From: Acidobacteriaceae bacterium
Lineage (GTDB): Bacteria > Acidobacteriota > Terriglobia > Terriglobales > Acidobacteriaceae
Length of the DNA stretch: 64,000 bases
Direction of reading: 5' to 3'
Assembly: GCA_049796755.1 (NCBI GenBank)
Contig: JBARFA010000005.1
Coordinates: 2,625 to 66,624 of the forward strand
The position numbers and the translations under genes were made by a program. The notes beneath the pieces are model-generated. The model was not told the DNA's origin and did no database searches. It saw nothing but the letters and a program-made list of their open reading frames with translations. Shown here one piece after another: positions 37,534 through 46,609 of the stretch (positions within the stretch are counted from its first letter, which is position 1; every line of letters begins with the position of its first letter).

Positions 37534-40500
37534 CTAGGCGGGAAACAGCCGTTCCTGACGCGAGCGATCTGAATGCGAGTCGATTCCATGATTGCTGCTT
37601 TCGCCGGACGGAATTGATTTCCTTCGCGCGGCTACATGGCGAGGCGGCCGATTCCGAGTTCGGGGATGGTTCGCGCGGGCCTCCATTTCGGGACCAGTTG
37701 TTGCCGATTCCGATTCTGACTTTCCGTCGCGATAGGTGACCACCCGCCCGGAAATCGCGGACGCGCGCTTCCCAGGAACAACGATGTCAACCAGGTTCAT
37801 CGGGTCAGCGGCTGCCACGGCGATGTTTGTCGTGTTGGTCGCATCAGCGTTGCGCGTGCGAGCCAGACGCAGAGATTCAACTGCCTCCGGCAACGCATAT
37901 TGCTCCCCACTAAATCCGCTGACGAATCGCCCGCCACGCACCTCTCCCCGCGCTTCGAGGCGTCGCAACACTCCCAGCAATTCCCGCCACTTTGGCATCG
38001 TTGTCTCTCGTTTCAGCAGGTCACGAAACAAAATTCCATACCGCCGCAGCAAAACCCAGGCTGCTGACTCCATCGCCTCGTCATCGATTCTGGCTTGCTG
38101 CGAAGCGGCGGCATTCAAGACAGCGGCGTTGCGTAGCAGATACCAGCGTCCCGCCGCACTACGCAACCGCTTGCCAGGGTTTTTCATTCGCTGGATATGC
38201 GTTGCGGATTTGCGCTTGGAATCCATAATGGCGCGCAGCTGGTCGAATCCATCCGCAGCAGCTAAACCGGCGGCCGTCAATTCCCAGAGCGCGTGCTCCA
38301 CCTGTTCTGTGGTTAAGTCGGTAGTTCGCTGCAGTTCTTCCACAAAGCAGGCGCCGCGATCTTCCAGGCGCGTTCGAATTTGTTGTGCTTCCTGGCTCAA
38401 CGACTGGCGCAGTTTTGCTTTGTCGACCGCCTGGTTTTCCAGTACGGCGTCCAGCCAGAGCGCAGTCTCGCGGATATAAAACGTGATGGGAGACATACCC
38501 GTGGGAACCACTCTGCGCGGCGCACCAGCATCTGCCGCTGACCACGCCGGATGCGGCGAAACGCGGCCCCAGCCGACCGCACCCGACAGGCACAACTGAT
38601 CGAGCCAGCGAGGATCGTATCCGGTTACTCGATGTACCAGGAGCGACTGTTCCCATTCAACTGCGGGTGCTTCAAATCCTTCCAGTTGCGAGAGTGCCTG
38701 CAACACGCCTTGTTCACCACTCAATTGCGACTGCGGCGCGACGTGCTGCCATGCAAGCACCCACTGCATGTAGACAGCAGCCGACGCAGGCTCGATTTGT
38801 TTGCGCAAATTTCCAATCGTGAGGCGATGAATGCGCTGCAACAGGCGACGTTCGCACCATTCGACATCGAAATCCGAGGATCGTGCAGTTGTAGCGTTTT
38901 CAAAGGTCCCGCGCAGAATCGTTCCCTGCATTTCCAGTTGCAGCAGCTTCTGGAAAGTGTCGGAAGCGGGCAAACCCAGCAGAGATGCCAATGAATTTGC
39001 CGTCACCGGTCCGAGAATTTGCAGCCAACCCTGGACCAGCTTGATCACTGCGTCGCTATAGGCAACTGTATCGGTTACATATTCACCCTCAGACCAAAGG
39101 AATTTGGCCGAGGCTATGTTTTCCGTCGCGACCCAATAACCACCTGTCCGGACCTCCTCGACGCTGGCGCGCCCGGTTCGCTCAAGGCGCTCCAACAGCG
39201 ATGTCCACGAGTACGTTTCCTCCCGCTGCAATATGGACACAGGTAGCGCCACCAGCTGAAAGAGCAGGTCGTGCATTTCATGTTCATCGCGCAGATCCGG
39301 CCAGCACTCCGACCGCACAGCCGCAATCGCAGCCGGGTCGAGCTGCCCCGCATCCGCTTGCATGCTAGCGGGTAAGGTGCGGCGCATCGAGACCGCGCGT
39401 GCGCGACGCTCCTCCAACGGAGCATCGTCCAGAAATGCATAAGGATTCGCGTTCAACAATTCGTGCGCAAACTGTGAAGGAGCAGTGGTATCGATGGCGA
39501 CGCATTGGATCGAACCGTCAGCAAACCCTTGGAGCACGCGCTTCAGGCCGGCCAAGTCCATCGCCTCTCCCAGGACGTCTTTCATGACCTCCCGTACCAG
39601 CGGATGATTTGGAATTTTGCGGTCACCTTGGATATTTTCAAGACAGGCTGATACCTGGGGAAACACGCTGGCCAGAAGGTCGTCGGAACGAGTACGGAGA
39701 ATCTGCGGCGCGACTTTTTTTCCCTTTTGGAACCGTAACAGTTGCAAACTACGTCCCGCAGCCCATGTCCACCGCGACTTGAAGATCGGCGAATCTAATG
39801 CTGCCTGCTCCAGCAGTGCTTGCACCGTTTGCTGCGTGAGGAATTGAAACACATCACTCAGCGGAAAGCTGTGCTGCTCCGCCAGCGAAATGCAAAGGCC
39901 GTTGTCGGTGGCTGCGGCCTGCAATTCAAAATTGAAGCCCCGGCAAAAACGCTTGCGCAACGCCAAGCCCCAGGCCTTGTTGATGCGGCCGCCGAAAGGC
40001 GCATGCAAGATCAGCTGCATGCCTCCACCTTCATCAAAAAAACGTTCGGCAACGATTGTTGTCAGGGACGGCACCGCGCCAAGGGCGGCTCGACCCGCGG
40101 CGATGTAACCAATCATCTGCTCGGCGCCGCCATCGCACACGCCGCACTCCTGCTTCAGCCAACTGGCAGCGTCCGCCACACCCGCATGGGCATGCGACAC
40201 ATGGCCTGGCAATACCTTCGAAGTCCGAGCGGAAATTTCTTCGCGCAGACGCGCCACGTAGCCGCTTAAGACATCCGTGCGCTGCGGGGCTTCACCGGCC
40301 CAGAACGGTAGGTTCGGTGGCTGACCGTGCGCATCTTCAACGAACACTCGTCCCGTTTCGATTCCCTGAATTCGCCAGCTTGTGTTGCCCAGCAGGATCA
40401 CATCTCCCGCCGAAGAATCGATGGCGAAATGCTCATCGAGCGTCGCGATCTGCAGTCCTTCCGGCTGCATAATGACCGCGTATTGTGCGGTGTCGGGAAT

Positions 40501-42072
40501 CGTACCACCATTGCACACGGCGGCGAGTCTCGCACCGCGGCGGGCGTGCAATTCTCCGTGGATCGCATCCCGCATCACGAAAGCTCCATACCGACCGCGG
40601 CTGGATTCGATGCCGCGATGAAGAACCTGGATCAGTTCGTCAAACTCGCCCCGCGTCAGTTGGCGATACGGATGGGCGCGACGCAACACCGAGTAAAGTG
40701 CATCCTCATTCCACGATTCAGCGGCGCAGGCGGCGACAATTTGCTGCATCAAGACGTCGAGCGGCTGAGGTGGAATCTCCAGACGATCCAGGTCGCCGGC
40801 ACGCATTGCCTGCACCAGTGCGGCACATTCGATCAAGTCATCGCGGGTTGTAGCGAAAAAACGTCCCTTCGGAATGGCCCCTCGCCAGTGGCCGGCGCGG
40901 CCAATCCGCTGCATTCCCGCTGCAACTGCGCGCGTAGATCCCACCTGGCAAACAAGATCGATGGCGCCGATGTCAATACCCAGTTCCAGCGAAGCCGTGG
41001 CGACCAACAATTTGATTTCGCCATTTTTCAGCCGGATCTCCGCGTCCAGGCGCAGCTTGCGCGAAAGGCTGCCGTGATGCGCGGCGACATTTTCCGCACC
41101 GATGCGCTCGCCGATGGCATGCGAGAGCCGCTCGACCATGCGGCGCGTATTCACAAACACCAGTGTCGAACGATGCTCCTGTGCAAGCGCGGCCAGGCGA
41201 TCATATGTTTCGTCCCACATGTCATTCGTGGTCACGGAACCGAGCTCTTCACAGGTTGGAACTTCGACCGCAAGATCCATCGTGCGCCGCCGCCCCACCT
41301 GGACGATTTTCGCTGGATCGCGATCTTTCGCGCAGCCAATGAGAAACTCTCCGACCAGCTCGATTGGATTTTGTGTTGCCGACAATCCAATCCGCTGCGG
41401 CGGTTTCGTCGCTGTCGCCACACGCCCGGCCCGAGCGATAATATTTTCACCACACACCAGCGCTTCCAACCGCTCCAGTGACAACGCGAGGTGTGAGCCG
41501 CGCTTGTCATCCGCGACCGCATGAATTTCATCGACGATTACGGTGCGCACATGGCGAAGATTTTCGCGGCTGTTTTTTGAGGTCAACAGGATATACAGCG
41601 ACTCCGGCGTCGTCACCAGGATGTGCGGCGGCTTCTTCAGCATGGCCGCGCGTTCTGACGCCAGCGTGTCACCGGTGCGCACCGCAGTGCGAATTTCGCC
41701 GCACAGATAGCCGCGTTCCAGTGCGAGTTGTTGAATCTCCCTCAGAGGCTGATCGAGATTCTTCTGAATGTCGTTCGAGAGCGCCTTCAGCGGCGAAATG
41801 TACACCACCTCGGTATGCGGAGTCAGGGTGCCTGAAATCGCCTTGCGCAGCAGATGGTCGATGCAAACCAGAAACGCCGCGAGCGTTTTGCCAGAACCGG
41901 TAGGCGCGGAGATCAGCGTCGGATGACCAGCTTGAATATGCGGCCAACCCTCAATTTGCGGTTCTGTGGGTGTAGCAAATCGCCCAACAAACCACTCCTG
42001 CGTGATGGGATGCGCCCAATTGAGACTCGCTGGAATAGCGAGCTCGGCACCGATTTGTAGCGTCGGGGGCAT
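37534..42072 (-). CDS. lhr: ATP-dependent helicase Lhr (large helicase-related, SF2 DEAH with long C-terminal domain)
   Basis: 1512 aa. Walker A APTGSGKT, DEIH box (VIVDEIHAV), SAT (LSATQ), motif VI (QRIGRAGH), and a roughly 700-aa Lhr-type C-terminal extension. Confidence 0.9.
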   Translation of the reverse strand: MPPTLQIGAELAIPASLNWAHPITQEWFVGRFATPTEPQIEGWPHIQAGHPTLISAPTGSGKTLAAFLVCIDHLLRKAISGTLTPHTEVVYISPLKALSNDIQKNLDQPLREIQQLALERGYLCGEIRTAVRTGDTLASERAAMLKKPPHILVTTPESLYILLTSKNSRENLRHVRTVIVDEIHAVADDKRGSHLALSLERLEALVCGENIIARAGRVATATKPPQRIGLSATQNPIELVGEFLIGCAKDRDPAKIVQVGRRRTMDLAVEVPTCEELGSVTTNDMWDETYDRLAALAQEHRSTLVFVNTRRMVERLSHAIGERIGAENVAAHHGSLSRKLRLDAEIRLKNGEIKLLVATASLELGIDIGAIDLVCQVGSTRAVAAGMQRIGRAGHWRGAIPKGRFFATTRDDLIECAALVQAMRAGDLDRLEIPPQPLDVLMQQIVAACAAESWNEDALYSVLRRAHPYRQLTRGEFDELIQVLHRGIESSRGRYGAFVMRDAIHGELHARRGARLAAVCNGGTIPDTAQYAVIMQPEGLQIATLDEHFAIDSSAGDVILLGNTSWRIQGIETGRVFVEDAHGQPPNLPFWAGEAPQRTDVLSGYVARLREEISARTSKVLPGHVSHAHAGVADAASWLKQECGVCDGGAEQMIGYIAAGRAALGAVPSLTTIVAERFFDEGGGMQLILHAPFGGRINKAWGLALRKRFCRGFNFELQAAATDNGLCISLAEQHSFPLSDVFQFLTQQTVQALLEQAALDSPIFKSRWTWAAGRSLQLLRFQKGKKVAPQILRTRSDDLLASVFPQVSACLENIQGDRKIPNHPLVREVMKDVLGEAMDLAGLKRVLQGFADGSIQCVAIDTTAPSQFAHELLNANPYAFLDDAPLEERRARAVSMRRTLPASMQADAGQLDPAAIAAVRSECWPDLRDEHEMHDLLFQLVALPVSILQREETYSWTSLLERLERTGRASVEEVRTGGYWVATENIASAKFLWSEGEYVTDTVAYSDAVIKLVQGWLQILGPVTANSLASLLGLPASDTFQKLLQLEMQGTILRGTFENATTARSSDFDVEWCERRLLQRIHRLTIGNLRKQIEPASAAVYMQWVLAWQHVAPQSQLSGEQGVLQALSQLEGFEAPAVEWEQSLLVHRVTGYDPRWLDQLCLSGAVGWGRVSPHPAWSAADAGAPRRVVPTGMSPITFYIRETALWLDAVLENQAVDKAKLRQSLSQEAQQIRTRLEDRGACFVEELQRTTDLTTEQVEHALWELTAAGLAAADGFDQLRAIMDSKRKSATHIQRMKNPGKRLRSAAGRWYLLRNAAVLNAAASQQARIDDEAMESAAWVLLRRYGILFRDLLKRETTMPKWRELLGVLRRLEARGEVRGGRFVSGFSGEQYALPEAVESLRLARTRNADATNTTNIAVAAADPMNLVDIVVPGKRASAISGRVVTYRDGKSESESATTGPEMEARANHPRTRNRPPRHVAARRKSIPSGESSNHGIDSHSDRSRQERLFPA

Positions 42073-42232
42073 GTTGTGGATTGTACCGGATCGATTCGTT
42101 TTTTATTCGCCAATCTTGGAGACGCGAATCCGCACGCGCAACTCAAGGACGGCTAAATTTCCAAGCTACTGCACCGGCGGCGACTAGCAAGCCCGCTCGC
42201 TACATCCGGGCACTCGCGCATCTCAATAGAGG

Positions 42233-42883
42233 ATGTCGCCGATTGCTCAAAAACGGTTCTCCGCGCTGCCGTTTATCCCCAGCAGCAACAGCCTCGCTAC
42301 ATTGCGAAAGGCTGCGAAGGATTGCGAGGGTTGCCCGCTGTTCCAACGCGCCACGCAAACGGTTTTTGGCGAAGGTGCTGTTCACGCCGCGATGCTTTTG
42401 GTGGGCGAGCAACCGGGCGACCACGAGGATATTGCCGGCAAGCCGTTTGTTGGGCCCGCAGGAAAATTATTGGACAAATGCCTTTCGGAAGCCGGCATTG
42501 AACGCAAGCAAACCTACGTCACGAATATGGTGAAGCATTTCAAGTGGGAGCCTCGGGGAAAACGTCGTCTCCACGAAAAGCCAAACCAGGCGGAAATTTC
42601 TGCCTGCAAACCGTGGCTCGAACGCGAGATTGAAGCGGTGCAGCCGAAGATGGTCGTCGCTTTAGGTGCGACGGCCGCGCAAGGACTACTGGGATCCTCG
42701 TTTCGCGTAACAAAGCAACGGGGCACGGTGTTGCGAATCGAGGGCTATCCGCCAATCCTGGCGACCGTACACCCTTCGTCCTTGCTACGCCAAATCACCG
42801 ATGAAGATCGCGAACGAGAAACACGATTTTTTGTCGCGGACCTGAAGAAGTGCGCGGAATTTATCTCGGGCGAAGCCGGCTAA
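42233..42883 (+). CDS. udgX: UdgX-type family-4-like uracil-DNA glycosylase (Fe-S)
   Basis: Motif A is GEQPG (42404-42418) instead of the family-4 GE[AG]PG. PFVGPAGKLL and HPSSLLR are present. A UdgX-specific insertion VKHFKWEPRGKRRLHEKP carries the KRRxH loop (His codon 42572-42574). Fe-S cysteines are CEGC and ISAC. Confidence 0.8.
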   Translation: MSPIAQKRFSALPFIPSSNSLATLRKAAKDCEGCPLFQRATQTVFGEGAVHAAMLLVGEQPGDHEDIAGKPFVGPAGKLLDKCLSEAGIERKQTYVTNMVKHFKWEPRGKRRLHEKPNQAEISACKPWLEREIEAVQPKMVVALGATAAQGLLGSSFRVTKQRGTVLRIEGYPPILATVHPSSLLRQITDEDRERETRFFVADLKKCAEFISGEAG

Positions 42884-42893
42884 AACCCCTATC

Positions 42894-43646
42894 TCAGTCG
42901 CGACTCCGGACCTTTGCCAACAAATTTAAAATTTCGATGTACAGCCACACCAGGGTGACCATCAATCCAAACGCACCGTACCACTCCATATATTTCGGTG
43001 CCTGGGCGCGCACGCCACTCTCGATGAAATCAAAATCCAGCACCAGATTCAACGCCGCAATGATCACAACCACGACGCTGAAACCAATGCCGATGAGACC
43101 ATTGCCATTGATCGAGGCAAAGTGAATTCCGAAAAATCCCAGCACAATTTCAGCGATGTAGAGCAGCATGATGGCGCCGGTAGCCGCTACAACTCCCAGG
43201 CGAAACTTTTGTGTCACGGGAATTAGCCCAGAGCGATACGCCAGCAGCAAAACCAGCAGGGTTCCGAAGGTGAGACCCACGGATTGCATGGCGATGCCCG
43301 GATATCGCAGCTCGAGAACCGCGGAAATGCTGCCCAGCGCTAACCCTTCCAGCAGAGAGTACACAGGCGCAGTCACCGGAGCCCAGGCCTTTTTGAAAAT
43401 GGTGATCATCGCGAAAACCAAACCTCCGAGCAGGCCGATCCACATGAGGGGAAGGACGCTGGCGGCGGATCGCGTCTGCATGAAGACGTGCCACGCCCAG
43501 GCCGCGGATGCGCCAGCGCAAACCAGCAGAATTCCTGTTTTGTTCACCGTGCCATCCAGCGTCATGGATTCGCCAAGAGCAGCATGCTCGCCCTGAAAGA
43601 TCTGGGAATTCAACGCGGGATTCGAGGTCTTCATTAGTTGCGCCAT
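42894..43646 (-). CDS. Bax inhibitor-1/YccA family membrane protein
   Basis: About 7 TM segments, an SNPAL-type N-terminus, and a charged C-terminal tail, as is typical of the BI-1/YccA family. Confidence 0.8.
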   Translation of the reverse strand: MAQLMKTSNPALNSQIFQGEHAALGESMTLDGTVNKTGILLVCAGASAAWAWHVFMQTRSAASVLPLMWIGLLGGLVFAMITIFKKAWAPVTAPVYSLLEGLALGSISAVLELRYPGIAMQSVGLTFGTLLVLLLAYRSGLIPVTQKFRLGVVAATGAIMLLYIAEIVLGFFGIHFASINGNGLIGIGFSVVVVIIAALNLVLDFDFIESGVRAQAPKYMEWYGAFGLMVTLVWLYIEILNLLAKVRSRD

Positions 43647-43775
43647 AGTTCTCCTCTGTTACTACCATTCGTATACCACGTGGCGATTGTCGCACGCATT
43701 CTTGCCGGGCGCAGTATTGTCACACCGCAGAAATCATTCTCTGCAGCGATGCGCCAAGGCGCGGATCGAAGTCGT

Positions 43776-45539
43776 ATGATGGCTCATTGCGTGAATCTGA
43801 GATCTTTTTTCGAAGGACCGGTCAACGTGATTTCAAAGCTGAAAATCGTTTCGTGCGCGTGTCTGTTGATGTGCATCACCGCCTGCCTGCAGACCGCCGT
43901 TGCCCAGCCGAGTCGCGAGCAGTCGCGCTCCATGGTGATGACGCAGTATGGAATTGTAGCCACCAGCCAGGCCGTTGCATCGCAGGCCGGTGCGGCCATT
44001 CTTGCGCGTGGTGGCAACGCGGTAGATGCGGCCATTGCCGCCAACGCTGCGCTCGGCGTGATCGAGCCCATGATGAATGGGGTAGGCGGCGATCTGTTCG
44101 CGATTGTCTACGATGCCAAGACGAAAAAGCTGTATGGCCTGAACTCCAGTGGCTGGGCGCCGAAAGCCATGACCATCGACGATTTGAGGGCGAAGGGCAT
44201 CGTGAAGGAGGTTCCTGAGACTGGCATCCTTTCGGTGACTGTTCCTGGAGCGGTTGCGGGGTGGGATGCACTCCGGCAGAAATTCGGCAAGCTTTCCATG
44301 GCGGAAGACCTGGCGCCGGCGGTCGCGCTGGCGGAGCAAGGGATCGCCGTCACCGAAACGGATGCTGAAAACTGGCAGGAATTTGGACCGCAGTTCGCCG
44401 ACAGCCCAGGCTTTGCGCGCGTTTTTCTGCCCGATGGCCAAGCGCCGGCGGCCGGACAGCTGTTTCGCAATCCGGATCTAGCCGCGACGCTGCAACGCAT
44501 TGGGCAAAAAGGTCGCGATGGCTTTTACAAGGGCCAGACAGCGGATGCGATTTTGAAGCTATCGCAGCGGCTGCATGGATTTCTGCAGGCGGATGATCTC
44601 GCAGATTTTCAGCCGGAGTGGGTCGACCCTGTCAGCACCACCTACCGCGGATGGACCGTTTGGGAGATGCCGCCGAACGGACAGGGCATTGCCGCGCTCT
44701 CCATGCTGAACATCATGGAGCAATTTCCGATTGCGCAATGGGAGCACAACAGCCAAAAGTCTCTGCATGTCGAAATTGAGGCAAAAAAACTGGCCTATGC
44801 GGATATGCGATATTACGTCGGCGACCCACGCGCCACGCACATCCCGGTGCAACAACTCATCTCAAAAAAGTTGGCAGTGCGCCGCGCTGCGCAAATTAGT
44901 GACCGCGCGAACTGTAGCGTGTTGCCGTCTGACCTGACCGGACAACTCTCGCATCTGTCGAGCGACACAACGTATCTGGCAGTGGTCGATCATGACGGGA
45001 ATGAGGTGTCGCTGATCCAAAGCAATGCGGGAGCGTTTGGCAGCGGGTTGGTCGCCGATGGAACCGGATTCGTACTGCAAAATCGCGGATCGGCCTTCAC
45101 CCTGAAACCGAACCAGCCGAATACGCTGCGCCCGCGCACCCGCCCGCTGCACACCATTATTCCTGCCTTCATGCAGAAGGGCGACGAGCGCATCGCCTTC
45201 GGCATCATGGGCGGATTCAACCAGGCGCAGGCGCACGCGCAATTCGTGTCAAACATCGCGGACTTCCACATGAATATTCAGGCGGCGCTGGAGGCGGCTC
45301 GCTTCACCATGCCTTCATTCTCCGGTTGCAGCCTGTTGATGGAGAACGGCATCGCACCGCAGGTGATCGATGGCCTGCGGCAACAGGGGCACATCATTAA
45401 AGTTCTGCCGCGCTATTCGCAAAGTATGGGCCGTGGCAATGCGGTGCAGCACAACCTGCAAAGTGGAGTGAATTTCGGCGCTACCGATCCGCGCGCCGAT
45501 GGAGAAGCGGTTCCCGAGCAAATGCCGTTCCAGCCCTGA
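43776..45539 (+). CDS. ggt: gamma-glutamyltransferase
   Basis: Autoprocessing/nucleophile site SSDTTYLAVVD, plus GGFNQAQ and a signal peptide (ISKLKIVSCACLLMCITACLQTAVA). The start is uncertain: ATG at 43776 or GTG at 43827. The longest ORF (43638) would overlap the BI-1 gene. Confidence 0.9.
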   Translation: MMAHCVNLRSFFEGPVNVISKLKIVSCACLLMCITACLQTAVAQPSREQSRSMVMTQYGIVATSQAVASQAGAAILARGGNAVDAAIAANAALGVIEPMMNGVGGDLFAIVYDAKTKKLYGLNSSGWAPKAMTIDDLRAKGIVKEVPETGILSVTVPGAVAGWDALRQKFGKLSMAEDLAPAVALAEQGIAVTETDAENWQEFGPQFADSPGFARVFLPDGQAPAAGQLFRNPDLAATLQRIGQKGRDGFYKGQTADAILKLSQRLHGFLQADDLADFQPEWVDPVSTTYRGWTVWEMPPNGQGIAALSMLNIMEQFPIAQWEHNSQKSLHVEIEAKKLAYADMRYYVGDPRATHIPVQQLISKKLAVRRAAQISDRANCSVLPSDLTGQLSHLSSDTTYLAVVDHDGNEVSLIQSNAGAFGSGLVADGTGFVLQNRGSAFTLKPNQPNTLRPRTRPLHTIIPAFMQKGDERIAFGIMGGFNQAQAHAQFVSNIADFHMNIQAALEAARFTMPSFSGCSLLMENGIAPQVIDGLRQQGHIIKVLPRYSQSMGRGNAVQHNLQSGVNFGATDPRADGEAVPEQMPFQP

Positions 45540-45656
45540 TATTTGTGACTGGAAACACAGCCACCCTATGCTACGATGAGACGCGGCACCCCGCCGCGCA
45601 ACAGTAAAACCTGCTTCTATTTCTGGCCATCCCCGAGGTCGCGTGATAACGTTCGC

Positions 45657-45676
45657 CTATTACCCGTCGGTAATAG
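45657..45676. promoter_or_regulatory. perfect 8-bp inverted repeat upstream of the ABC operon
   Basis: CTATTACC-CGTC-GGTAATAG, 28 nt upstream of the ATG at 45704 and followed by ATACTTTTCTT. Confidence 0.3.
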
Positions 45677-45703
45677 ATACTTTTCTTCCTGGGGATTCCA
45701 TTC

Positions 45704-46585
45704 ATGGCACTCACGATCACCAACATTTCCAAGGTCTATCCCAACGGCGTGCGCGCGCTGAAAAATCTTTCGCTCACTATTGGCAACAACATGTTTGGAC
45801 TTCTGGGTCCGAACGGCGCGGGAAAAAGTTCGTTGATGCGTACCATCGCCACCTTGCAGGATCCTGATTCCGGATCGATTGACCTTGACGGAGTGAACGT
45901 TCTGACGCAGAAAGATGCGGTGCGCAAGCTTCTCGGCTACCTCCCGCAGGAATTTGGGGTCTATCCCAGAATGTCGGCGATCGATATGTTGAACCATCTT
46001 GCGATTCTGAAGGGCGTGACGGTTGCAAGCGAACGTAAGGAGATGGTGGATGCGCTGCTGCAGCAAACCAATCTATGGGATGTGCGGAAGAAGGCCGTGT
46101 CCACCTACTCCGGCGGAATGAAGCAACGTTTTGGCATCGCGCAGGCGCTGCTCGCCAATCCACGACTGATTATTGTCGATGAGCCCACGGCCGGCCTTGA
46201 CCCCGCGGAGCGCAATCGCTTTCTGAATCTTCTTTCCTCCATCGGCCGCGATGTGATCGTCATTCTGTCGACCCACATTGTCGATGATGTGCGTGAACTC
46301 TGCCCGCGCATGGCCATCATTGCGTCCGGCGAGGTGCTGCTCGAAGGCTCGCCCAGCGAGGCTCTGGCTGCGCTCGAGGGTCAAATCTGGTCCAAGGTTG
46401 TCGCTACTGATGAGGAGCTTCGCGCCATCGAAGCCGAACTTCAGGTCATCAGTACGCACCTGGCCGGCGGCCAGCACGAGATTCGCGTTTTTGCTCCGGC
46501 CTCCCCAGGGTCCGGCTTCCATGCTGTCCCTTCGGGACTGGAGGATGTGTATTTCCTCAACCTGTCCCGCCAAGCGGTCAACTAA
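45704..46585 (+). CDS. ABC transporter ATP-binding protein (ABC-2 type)
   Basis: Walker A GPNGAGKSS, signature YSGGMKQR, Walker B LIIVDEPTAGLD, and H-loop STH. Confidence 0.9.
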   Translation: MALTITNISKVYPNGVRALKNLSLTIGNNMFGLLGPNGAGKSSLMRTIATLQDPDSGSIDLDGVNVLTQKDAVRKLLGYLPQEFGVYPRMSAIDMLNHLAILKGVTVASERKEMVDALLQQTNLWDVRKKAVSTYSGGMKQRFGIAQALLANPRLIIVDEPTAGLDPAERNRFLNLLSSIGRDVIVILSTHIVDDVRELCPRMAIIASGEVLLEGSPSEALAALEGQIWSKVVATDEELRAIEAELQVISTHLAGGQHEIRVFAPASPGSGFHAVPSGLEDVYFLNLSRQAVN

Positions 46586-46609
46586 ATCTCCGCCACCAAG
46601 GATCACGCC

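Noticed and set aside
40327-41481. 384-aa plus-strand ORF, with several others inside 37736-42060
   Set aside because: All are antisense to the Lhr helicase gene, whose SF2 motifs are unambiguous. The composition is that of shadow ORFs.
42073-42232. Possible LexA/SOS box in the lhr-udgX divergent region (ATTCG-type short repeats)
   Set aside because: I do not know the LexA motif for this lineage, and the repeats seen (GATTCG, ATTCGC, CGAATC) are too short and irregular to call.
43638-43775. Longest-ORF start for ggt at 43638
   Set aside because: It would overlap the divergent BI-1 gene start and add about 45 aa before the obvious signal peptide. A downstream start (43776 or 43827) is more plausible.
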